Below are positions 50,901-59,360 of a DNA stretch of 64,000 bases, one piece after another (the first letter of the stretch is position 1; the number at the start of each line of letters is the position of its first letter). Source of the DNA: Nitrospirota bacterium. Its GTDB lineage: Bacteria > Nitrospirota > UBA9217. The notes below the pieces were generated by a model. The model had not been told where the DNA came from. It saw nothing but the letters and a program-made list of their open reading frames with translations, and searched no databases. The stretch spans positions 448,001 through 512,000 of the forward strand of contig CAWIYV010000010.1 of the NCBI GenBank assembly GCA_963840455.1, written 5' to 3'. The position numbers and the translations under genes were made by a program.

Positions 50901-51836
50901 AAGGAGATCCTGGTCGACATCAAGAACCACAATATCTACAGCGAGAGCAAGACCAAGACCATCGAGGTGGCCCTGAAGAACGCTTCGGGCGCGGTCCTGG
51001 GCAGCAGCGCGGTGTTTGCCTACACCATAGTCAACAATCATATGAAGCCGACGGTCGTAATCCGAACCGCAAACCAGCGCATCAGAAAGAGCGCAGGAAG
51101 ACTGAACATCACTGTCCAGCTATCAGAAGTTTCCGGAAAAGACGTGACGGTACCCTTCACGGTCAGCGGCACAGCGATTCAGGGAAAAGACTTCGCCATT
51201 ACCCCGAGCCCGGTCGTGATCAGAGCGGGGATGCGGAGTATGGAGATCGTGATAACCATGAAGGACAATATCCCGGTCGAAGCTGATAAGACGATCGAAG
51301 TGAGGCTGTCGAACCCGGACAACGCATTCCTCGGGTTGACCGGGGTATACCGCATAGTCATCGTGAAGGATGCCATTCCCACCATTGCCGTTGTTCCTTT
51401 TTTCACCACAAGCACGAAGAAGAATGCCGGCGACATCATGGCGTTACAGTTTGTCAAAGAATTAAAGAAACAAGAGGACTTCGTGGTGATCGAGCCGGGT
51501 GTAGTCAGGCAGCAGTTTCTGGACATGAGGGTCATCATGTCTGAAGGGGTTTCATCTGCCGATATCGACCTGATCACCAGCAAAATCGATGCAGACCTGA
51601 TCCTGGCCGGGCAGGTAATGGATTACCAGGATGACATAGCGTTATACGGCAAGCCGAAAGTGGCTTTTTCCGTCATGTTGATCGACAGATCGAGCAAGAA
51701 GATCATCTGGGCATCCAGGAGCTCCAATAAGGGAGATGACGCGGTCACCCTGTTCGATTGGGGAAGCGTCAATTCGGCCAATGAGATGGTATCGGAGATG
51801 GTGCGGGTACTCACAAAGAGGGTGGTAACATGGTGA
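41897..51836 (+). CDS. Giant (~3300 aa) lipoprotein: CsgG/GNA1162-like domain, ~25 Calx-beta domains, CsgG/GNA1162-like domain; +1 frameshift at 46127-46128
   Basis: Lipobox LTAC; VAVYPVDN...VDAVLITSV and IAVVPF...ADLILAGQV terminal domains; Calx-beta motifs V.VEY...GGTA..G.DY...L.F.PGET.K...V.I.DD; sibling repeats read CGTCTTGAG where this copy reads CGTCTTGGAG. Confidence 0.85.
44130..49510 (+). repeat. Near-identical 1005-bp tandem repeats (three Calx-beta domains per unit), about five full units plus partial units
   Basis: Identical antisense ORFs recur at 44533/45538 and 47993/48998 (offset 1005); the array is interrupted by a unique linker at ~47025-47175. Confidence 0.93.
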
Positions 51837-51919
51837 GCAGTTATTGTAATTTTTTTTGTTCTAGGATATAATGCTCCAATTTCGTGCATATTGTCATGTG
51901 ACACGCAATGAGAGGTGAA

Positions 51920-53725
51920 ATGATGCTGAAGAAATGGTTCATAACAACCGTAGCGCTGATGTTCTTCCTGGTTGCCGCCATGACGGGATTTTCATCAGAC
52001 CAGAAGCCAGTGACCCCTGCAGAGAAAACGGGCGGAGCGCAGAATCCGGGGGTATCAGCAGGCGGCATGGTCATTATCGTAAAGGATCCCCGCTCGTCCA
52101 CGACGGTAACGGTTCCCTTCGATTCCACGGTACACGATGATCTCCCTGTTGCCGTGGTGAACGATGTGCCGATTACGGTGGATGATCTCAAGAATGCGAT
52201 CGCCGCTGCCCATGAAGAAGGGCATGAGGGCAAGAAGGAAACGACGACTCAGGCGCCCAAAATAGATTTTAATGAACTGCTGCAGCGCATGATCAATGTG
52301 GAGCTTGTCATCCAGGAGGCAAAGAGCATCGGTCTCGACGAATTGCCCGAAGTACAGGATCCTATGGATGTCTTCTCAAGGGTGTCCCTGCGGGGCCTCT
52401 TGCGGGAAGATGTCGCGAAAGATATTACGGCAAATGAAGACGAGGTCGAGAAGGTCTATCGAGGGAACGTGAGGGAAGTGAGGACGAATACGGCTTTTTT
52501 CGAAAAGGAAAAGGCTGCGAAGAAGGCCGTTAGAGAGATCAAGGCAGGAAAAAGCTTTGACGATGTGATCGCAAGGGGGAAAAAGGATGAGACGGTAAAA
52601 GGGGCCGACGTAGGGAACTATATAAAATTCAAAGATCTCAACCCGGCGATAGCAGCAGCTCTTTCAAAAATGAAGGTCGGTTCCGTAAGCCCTGTTACGA
52701 AGATCGCAATGTCGGACAACAAAACATACTTTGCCGTCTTCCGGCTGGACGATGACCGGTTAGCAGAAAGCCCCGAAGCAAAAGAGCAGGCCCGGCAAAC
52801 AGTTCTCCAGAGCAAGATAGATAAAGCTATGGAGACATTGGGCAATTCCTTGTACAAAAAATATGTGAAAGCGGATAAGAAGCTGATTGAAAGTCTGGAT
52901 TACGGACCGCAGGGCGAGGGACTCGAGAAGCTCCTGGAGGACCAACGGGTCGTGGCCGAGATCGAGGGAGACCAACCCGTTACGGTGGCGCAACTGTCCC
53001 AGGCGATGCAGGAAAAGTTCTACCACGGGATGAAGAAGCTGAAAGGGGAAAAGATGATCAGGACCAAGCATGACGTCCTGGAAAGCCTCGTAAAGAAACG
53101 CCTGTTCCTGCTGGAGGCAAAGAGGCGGGGACTTGACAAAACAGCGGCATACAAAAATATGATGGAGGAGTACGAACGGAATATTTTGTGGAGCGCTTTC
53201 ATTCAGAAGGTTGTTGTACGGGACGTGAAACTGCGGGATGAGGACATGAGAGCCTACTACCATGATCATGCCGGCGATTACCTGTCCGACAAAATGATCA
53301 AGATCCGAAGTCTCGCATTCGGGAAAGAGACAGATGCCGTAACAGTGCTCGAGAAGCTCAGGAAGGGCGCGGATTTTAACTGGACCAAGGCCAATGTCGA
53401 AGGCAAGCTGGATGCCGGCACAAAGGACCTCATGACCTTTGATGAAGAGCTGGTGCCGATCACCACAATGGCCCCGGATGTGCAGAAAGCCCTCTCTGGA
53501 GTCAATGCCGGGGATTTCCGGCTGTATGAAAGCCCGCAGGGCCATTTCTATGTTCTGTACATAATGAACGTGGTGCCTCCTGTGCAGCAGCCGTTCGAGA
53601 ATGTCCGGGTGGCAATCCGAAACCAAGTGTTCAATGAGAAGCTGGGTGAAGCAGCGAACGAGTGGATCCGCAAACTGAGAAAATCCGCCGATATCAAGGT
53701 TTATCTGGCAGGTCCTGAGAAATAA
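51920..53725 (+). CDS. Periplasmic SurA/PpiC-type chaperone (peptidyl-prolyl isomerase-like, duplicated)
   Basis: Signal peptide, VAVVNDVPIT, QEAKSIGLD, GKSFD, KMKVGSVSPV, second copy EAKRRGLD...GADF, WIRKLRKSADI. Confidence 0.82.
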   Translation: MMLKKWFITTVALMFFLVAAMTGFSSDQKPVTPAEKTGGAQNPGVSAGGMVIIVKDPRSSTTVTVPFDSTVHDDLPVAVVNDVPITVDDLKNAIAAAHEEGHEGKKETTTQAPKIDFNELLQRMINVELVIQEAKSIGLDELPEVQDPMDVFSRVSLRGLLREDVAKDITANEDEVEKVYRGNVREVRTNTAFFEKEKAAKKAVREIKAGKSFDDVIARGKKDETVKGADVGNYIKFKDLNPAIAAALSKMKVGSVSPVTKIAMSDNKTYFAVFRLDDDRLAESPEAKEQARQTVLQSKIDKAMETLGNSLYKKYVKADKKLIESLDYGPQGEGLEKLLEDQRVVAEIEGDQPVTVAQLSQAMQEKFYHGMKKLKGEKMIRTKHDVLESLVKKRLFLLEAKRRGLDKTAAYKNMMEEYERNILWSAFIQKVVVRDVKLRDEDMRAYYHDHAGDYLSDKMIKIRSLAFGKETDAVTVLEKLRKGADFNWTKANVEGKLDAGTKDLMTFDEELVPITTMAPDVQKALSGVNAGDFRLYESPQGHFYVLYIMNVVPPVQQPFENVRVAIRNQVFNEKLGEAANEWIRKLRKSADIKVYLAGPEK

Positions 53726-53753
53726 AAAACCGTGAGATAGTCTGAGGAGAACC

Positions 53754-55733
53754 ATGCATACCATACACTCAAAACAGAAAATTCTTCACCTTGTACTGTT
53801 CCTTCTTCTGGGCGGGGCGGTTTTTCTCGCCGCGACCACCCAGGCGCTTGCACAGAAGAAATTTGAAAAGAAGGAGTGTCTCGAATGCCATAAAAAATTT
53901 GCCGACAAGTATCTTGACATGAAGAATGTGCACCGCGTGGTGAAAGAGAAAAAATGTGAGGACTGCCATCTCCGGCACGGCAAAGTTCCTACTCTGCTCC
54001 TGAAGAAACCCCAGAATGATCTCTGCTATTCGTGCCACCCCAAGGATAAAATGGGCCTGGACAAGGCAAAAATGCACACGGCGGTGCGGGCCGGCACGTG
54101 TACGAACTGTCATGATCCCCATGCGTCACAGATGCCCCACCTGCTCAAGCAGGAAGGCGCGGCCCTCTGTTACCAGTGCCACCAGAAGGAGAATTATGAG
54201 AAGAAAGTTACGCATAAAACCCTGAAGACCGACGGCTGCAAAGCATGTCATCTTCCCCACGGCGCCGATTTGGACAACCTGCTCACCAAGGCGGAGCCGG
54301 CCCTGTGTCTCGACTGCCACAGCAGCGGTTCATCGTCATTCAAGAAGGCGCACAACGGGTACCCCGTGGACGGCAAAACCTGCTCACGCTGCCATAACCC
54401 CCACGCTTCGTCGGAGCCAAAGCTCCTGAAGGCGAGCGTTCACAACCCCGTTGCCTCCTCGAGCTGCGATTCGTGCCACAACCCTGCCGGGTCCGAGAAA
54501 CCCTTTGCTACGGCGCAACAGGGAGGCGACCTCTGTTTCCAGTGCCATGACGCGTCGGCGCTGAAGGCCGGAGGCACGGTCGAACATCCTCCGTTCAGTG
54601 GCGGGATGTGTCTTTCCTGCCATGATCCGCATTCCTCGGAGAATCCGAAGCTGGTTGCCGAGAAAGGCAATAAGCTCTGTTTCGGATGCCATCCGGACAA
54701 AGAGGCGAAAAAAACCTTTGGCCATGCAGCGGTCTCGAGCGGGAAGGGGTGCTTGTCCTGTCACGCGCCCCATGCAGCAAAGAACAAGAATCTCCTGATC
54801 GCGAAAGAAGGGGAGATCTGCTTCACCTGCCACGCAAAGACCCAGGAGCTGAAGAAGGCGAAAGACGTCCATACGCCGTTTGCCAAAAATATGTGCAGCT
54901 CGTGCCACAATCCGCACGGCTCCGATTTTATTGCTATGACGCGGAACCGGATGGACACGATCTGCTATTCGTGTCATACCAATGCCGAAAAGGAGTTTCT
55001 GAAAGCCTATACCCATAAGCCCGTAAGCACTGCAGCGTGCTATGTATGCCACAATCCCCACGGCTCGAATGAGGGGAAGCTCCTGAAAGTGTCGGCATCG
55101 GCCCTCTGTGCGCAATGTCATGGTGAGCTAATGAAAAAGGCAGGCACCGGAGGGGCCAATCATCCTCCCTTCCAGGACGAGCAGTGTCTTACCTGCCATG
55201 ATGCCCATGCGAGCAATATCAGCGGGATGATCGTTGCGAAACAGGACGTACTCTGCTTCCAGTGCCATACGAAACTGCAGCAGGAGATGGGGACCGGAAA
55301 GAGCAAGCATGCCCCAATGATGACGGGCGAATGCACCCAGTGCCACAGCCCCCACAAGTCAAAGTTGGCAAAACTCCTCGTAGTGGAAAGTCCCGATCTG
55401 TGTTTTACCTGTCATAAGAACATAAAGGAACGCTTGGGGAAGGATATAACCCATCCGCCGGCGGCGAGAGATTGCCTGCGGTGCCACCTGCCGCATTTTT
55501 CGAAGGACCCTTCGCTGATGGCGCAGCCGTTATCCGCATTATGCGGTGAATGCCATGACCTGAACGGAAGTTCTTTTGCGAAGGCCCATATCGGCATCAA
55601 GGCTGCTGTGATGGATTGCATGAGCTGTCACGATCCGCATGCTTCGAAGGACCCGAAACTGTTCAAAGCAAACATCCATCCTCCCTTCGCCGCACGATCG
55701 TGCGATGATTGCCATATAGGAGAAAAGAAATGA
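53754..55733 (+). CDS. 26-heme periplasmic c-type cytochrome
   Basis: Signal peptide; 26 CXXCH counted, in repeating CxxCHxPH...LL...LCxxCH pairs. Confidence 0.93.
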   Translation: MHTIHSKQKILHLVLFLLLGGAVFLAATTQALAQKKFEKKECLECHKKFADKYLDMKNVHRVVKEKKCEDCHLRHGKVPTLLLKKPQNDLCYSCHPKDKMGLDKAKMHTAVRAGTCTNCHDPHASQMPHLLKQEGAALCYQCHQKENYEKKVTHKTLKTDGCKACHLPHGADLDNLLTKAEPALCLDCHSSGSSSFKKAHNGYPVDGKTCSRCHNPHASSEPKLLKASVHNPVASSSCDSCHNPAGSEKPFATAQQGGDLCFQCHDASALKAGGTVEHPPFSGGMCLSCHDPHSSENPKLVAEKGNKLCFGCHPDKEAKKTFGHAAVSSGKGCLSCHAPHAAKNKNLLIAKEGEICFTCHAKTQELKKAKDVHTPFAKNMCSSCHNPHGSDFIAMTRNRMDTICYSCHTNAEKEFLKAYTHKPVSTAACYVCHNPHGSNEGKLLKVSASALCAQCHGELMKKAGTGGANHPPFQDEQCLTCHDAHASNISGMIVAKQDVLCFQCHTKLQQEMGTGKSKHAPMMTGECTQCHSPHKSKLAKLLVVESPDLCFTCHKNIKERLGKDITHPPAARDCLRCHLPHFSKDPSLMAQPLSALCGECHDLNGSSFAKAHIGIKAAVMDCMSCHDPHASKDPKLFKANIHPPFAARSCDDCHIGEKK

Positions 55734-57019
55734 AAAATAAAGGCATGAATGTATGGTACTGGCCGTTCCCGGCGCTTATTGCGGTCTGTGTTCTCGGTAT
55801 CATAGCATCCGCCGGTGCGCAGGAAAATAAATTCAGACTGAAGCCGGGAGCGGAGGGGAAGAATTGCCTGACCTGTCATGTGACGTTCGAGGACAAGCTT
55901 AAGCAGCCTTTTGTCCATTCGCCGGTAAAGTCCAGAAAATGCGCAAGCTGTCATAATCCCCATGCGTCTTCCCATGGCAAGCTCCTTACAGCGGATCCTA
56001 ATAAGATCTGCTTCACCTGCCACCCCGATGTGATATCCAAAAAGGCACGCAGTTCCCATGTGGTCGTGGTAGAGGGAAATTGTATCAAATGTCACGATCC
56101 TCACGCAGCAAAGAACAAGTTCAACCTGCTGGAGGCAGGGAACAAACTCTGTTTCGGATGTCATAAGGATATGGGCGATACCCTAGCAAAGGTGAAATTC
56201 AAGCACAATCCCGTGGAGCGGGGATGCATCAACTGTCACAACCCCCACTCTTCTGATCAGGCCGCCTCGCTGTTAAAGGACGACGTGCCGGCTCTCTGCC
56301 TGAAGTGCCACAAGACGGCAACGCCTTCGTTCCAGAAACAGCACATGAACTATCCCGTAGCGAAAGCGCGCTGCACGAGCTGTCATGATCCTCATGGTTC
56401 TGATAGGGGAGGGGTGCTCTACACGAACGTCCACCGGCCCGTTGCCAATAAGATGTGCAATCAGTGCCATGAAGACCCTACTTCCCCGAAGCCCTTTGCG
56501 ACCAAAAAGACGGGATACGAGCTGTGCCGGGGATGCCATAGCACGATGGTCAATGAGGCACTCAGCAAGAACCGGATCCATTGGCCTGCGTTGGACAAAA
56601 CAGGCTGTATCCATTGCCACAGTCCCCATGCAAGCCCGGTAAAGGGGCTTCTCAAGGCCAAGATGATCGACCTGTGCAGCGAATGTCACCCCGATGCCAT
56701 TGAGAGGCAGAAACGCTCTCAAACAAAACACGCTCCGATAAAAGACGGCATGTGCACCACCTGCCATTCGCCCCATGCCTCGGATAATGTGTTCCTGTTC
56801 AAGCAGGCATCCACGATCGACCTGTGCCTGTCCTGTCATAACTATGGGAAACACTCAACGCATCCCCTTGGAGCAAAGGCCCTCGACCCGAGAAATAACA
56901 ATGTCATGGTCCAGTGCACAAGCTGCCATGGGACCCACGGGACGGAGAACAAAAAAATGCTTTACTATCCGACGACGACGGAACTGTGCGTCCAGTGCCA
57001 TGCAGAACATAGGAGATAA
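55730..57019 (+). CDS. 16-heme periplasmic c-type cytochrome
   Basis: ATGA overlap with the previous gene; signal peptide; 16 CXXCH counted. Confidence 0.93.
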   Translation: MKNKGMNVWYWPFPALIAVCVLGIIASAGAQENKFRLKPGAEGKNCLTCHVTFEDKLKQPFVHSPVKSRKCASCHNPHASSHGKLLTADPNKICFTCHPDVISKKARSSHVVVVEGNCIKCHDPHAAKNKFNLLEAGNKLCFGCHKDMGDTLAKVKFKHNPVERGCINCHNPHSSDQAASLLKDDVPALCLKCHKTATPSFQKQHMNYPVAKARCTSCHDPHGSDRGGVLYTNVHRPVANKMCNQCHEDPTSPKPFATKKTGYELCRGCHSTMVNEALSKNRIHWPALDKTGCIHCHSPHASPVKGLLKAKMIDLCSECHPDAIERQKRSQTKHAPIKDGMCTTCHSPHASDNVFLFKQASTIDLCLSCHNYGKHSTHPLGAKALDPRNNNVMVQCTSCHGTHGTENKKMLYYPTTTELCVQCHAEHRR

Positions 57020-57023
57020 TGCC

Positions 57024-57914
57024 ATGATGAAAAATATCGTTCTGATAGCGATCCTGCTGCTGCCTGCTCCGGCCCTGAGCGCCGAGATGATGAACTTTCA
57101 GCGTGTTGCCTCGATATATGCCGATGCTGGAGGAATTAAAATCAATCAGCCCGAAGGAGTTGCCTGCAGGGATAAATCCCTTCTTCTCGTGTCCGATACT
57201 GCAAACGGCCGTCTTCAGCCCTATACTCTCCAGGATGACGGGACCATAAAGCCGGGACCGGGGGCTGAGATCAAAGTGCCCTATCCCTTGCATGTTCGTC
57301 TGAATTCCAAGGGAGATATCTTTGTGCTCGACGGCAAGCAGCGCAAGATCCTCCGCATGAGCCCCAATGGCGAGCCCAAAGGATCATTCGAACCCGAGGG
57401 GATGCCTTTGCCGACAGCATGGATTCCGAAAAATTTTGCGATCGATACGAAGGATACGGTGTACATTCTTGATGTATTTTCTTCACGAGTGCTCATCGTG
57501 AGCCCGGAAGGAAAGTTCCAAAGGCAGATCGCGCTCCCGAATGCTGATGGTTTTTTCTCTGACCTGGCCGTGGATCCCCAGGGCACGATCTTTATACTCA
57601 ACAGCATCGCTGCTTCGGTCTATTCTGCTGGTCCCGATGACAAGGCATTTTCCCCGCTGACAAAGGGCCTCAAAGACTATGTCACGTTCGCGACCACGCT
57701 TGCAGCAGACAAACAATTTCTCTACATGGTAGATCAGTTCGGCAGTGGTGTCGTGGTTCTGGGGAAGGACGGCTCCTTTAAAGGTCGCAAGCTCAGAATG
57801 GGCTGGAAGGAGGGAGAACTTCTCTATCCTTCCGATATTTGCCTGAACGAGAAGGGGGAAATATTCATCGCGGACCGCGGGAACAACCGCATCCAGATGT
57901 TCAGGAAAGAATGA
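57024..57914 (+). CDS. Exported NHL-repeat beta-propeller protein
   Basis: AGGAG RBS, signal peptide, QPEGVA, SDTANGR, GWKEGELLYPSDI, IADRGNNRIQMF. Confidence 0.88.
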   Translation: MMKNIVLIAILLLPAPALSAEMMNFQRVASIYADAGGIKINQPEGVACRDKSLLLVSDTANGRLQPYTLQDDGTIKPGPGAEIKVPYPLHVRLNSKGDIFVLDGKQRKILRMSPNGEPKGSFEPEGMPLPTAWIPKNFAIDTKDTVYILDVFSSRVLIVSPEGKFQRQIALPNADGFFSDLAVDPQGTIFILNSIAASVYSAGPDDKAFSPLTKGLKDYVTFATTLAADKQFLYMVDQFGSGVVVLGKDGSFKGRKLRMGWKEGELLYPSDICLNEKGEIFIADRGNNRIQMFRKE

Positions 57915-57984
57915 ACTTCGATAGTTCCGGCAGCCTGGTATCACCTTCTTGGAACCGGGGAAATGTCTGAAGACCTCTCTTTGC

Positions 57985-58023
57985 GAGAGCGCAGCTTACG
58001 TGATGCGCTCTCGTTCTTCTTTT
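57985..58023 (+). terminator. Probable intrinsic terminator of the nanowire operon
   Basis: GAGAGCGCA...TGCGCTCTC followed by GTTCTTCTTTT. Confidence 0.6.
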
Positions 58024-58075
58024 GGGGATCGTCGGTCATCATACCGCCTGATTCGAACTCGTTAAGGGCAAGATT

Positions 58076-58726
58076 ATGAAAGAGAAATCATTCCGGACAG
58101 GGACCCGGGGAGAGAATCGAAAAGGCATGGTCATCTCGCTTGTCGCGGTCCTGCTGGTCATTGCTTTTTCAAGTATCACGTATTCGAGAAACATACTCTG
58201 GCAGGATTCGGTAACGTTGTGGCAGGATACAACACTCAAAAGTCCGAAAAAGTTCAGACCTCGGTTTAACCTGGCGAAAGAATACGAAGCACGAGGGCAA
58301 TTGGACCTGGCGGCCGAGAACTATCGAGCGTCCATCGATCTGAAACCAGATGATGCAATGGCTCATAACAACCTAGGGAATGTGTACATGAACCAGAGGC
58401 GCCTCGGGGAAGCGATCGAGGAGTTTCGCACGGCCGTCCATCTCAACCCGGACGCTCCGTTGACCCGCGATAACCTTGGCTATGTTTACTTCAAGCAAGG
58501 TCGGCCTGACGAAGCCATCAAGGAGTATCAAGCGGCAATAAAGCTCGCACCGGATGTTGCCGAGATTCATAACAATCTCGGGTACGTCTATTTCACCCAG
58601 GGACGTTTCGAAGACGCAGCGGAACAATATCAGATCGCTTTGAAGCTCAAGCCGGACTTCCCCGCGGCACTCGAGAACATTCATTTGCTCGATCGGGTAT
58701 CGAACCAGAAGCAACTGCGGAAATGA
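58076..58726 (+). CDS. Membrane-anchored TPR protein (C-terminal half of the TMTC-like architecture)
   Basis: One TM, RNILWQD..TLWQD...KSP.K.RP, four TPRs. Confidence 0.85.
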   Translation: MKEKSFRTGTRGENRKGMVISLVAVLLVIAFSSITYSRNILWQDSVTLWQDTTLKSPKKFRPRFNLAKEYEARGQLDLAAENYRASIDLKPDDAMAHNNLGNVYMNQRRLGEAIEEFRTAVHLNPDAPLTRDNLGYVYFKQGRPDEAIKEYQAAIKLAPDVAEIHNNLGYVYFTQGRFEDAAEQYQIALKLKPDFPAALENIHLLDRVSNQKQLRK

Positions 58727-59089
58727 ACGAGATTACGCACTATCTGAGGGCGATGTATGTATATCGATCGAAACCGCATCGAGAAACCATACGAGGACCT
58801 GGAAGGAAACGAAACAAGGTTCGACCGCGAGCCTCGGACGTGTTAAGGTCGCAGGTGAGCACAACGAGAAACCTCAAATAATCCATCATGGTTCATCCGC
58901 AATCACTGCCTTGTCGTCCTCTTTGGCATCTCTGCAGATTACGTTCGATAAGGAGGATGATAATGCCAATCTTCCTGAAAACCCATATAGTCCTCGCACT
59001 ACTGGCAGCTCATTGAAATATATTCCAGCGGTACCTTCCGGAAGCAAGGGTTTGAGAAACCGCAGGTTCTGGAAGAGTATTCTTATCAA

Positions 59090-59207
59090 TTGAATCCAGG
59101 AGCGAGCGCATTCCCCGTAGCTTGCTGCGGGGTTAGCGAGCGATGAGAATAAATAGTACTACCTTGAGGATCGAAGATTCCCTGCAGCTTGCTGCAGGGA
59201 GCTTCAA
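59090..59207 (-). mobile_element. Non-autonomous palindromic miniature element, copy 3
   Basis: TTGAA...TTCAA ends; hairpins CCCCGTAGCTTGCTGCGGGG and CCCTGCAGCTTGCTGCAGGG. Confidence 0.78.
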
Positions 59208-59360
59208 TGCCCCGCACCTTGCTGTACCGCGGTTGTTTTCAGGGGCAACGAAAGCACTCACTCGCAAAACGATCATACCAGCAGGTTGGGTCTTCATCAG
59301 TTTTATCCGATGAACATGTTTAAGAATTTCAATGTGAAGAAAACACGGCACGTTCAATAT

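Noticed and set aside
43045-51583. Many repeated minus-strand ORFs (MPKTAVPP..., MHCRLAQH..., MRLTATVV...)
   Set aside because: Antisense shadows of the Calx-beta repeats in GC-rich DNA; no independent motifs
46044-51836. Independent 1930-aa gene
   Set aside because: It starts mid-domain without signal peptide or RBS; it is the continuation of the 41897 gene after a one-base insertion
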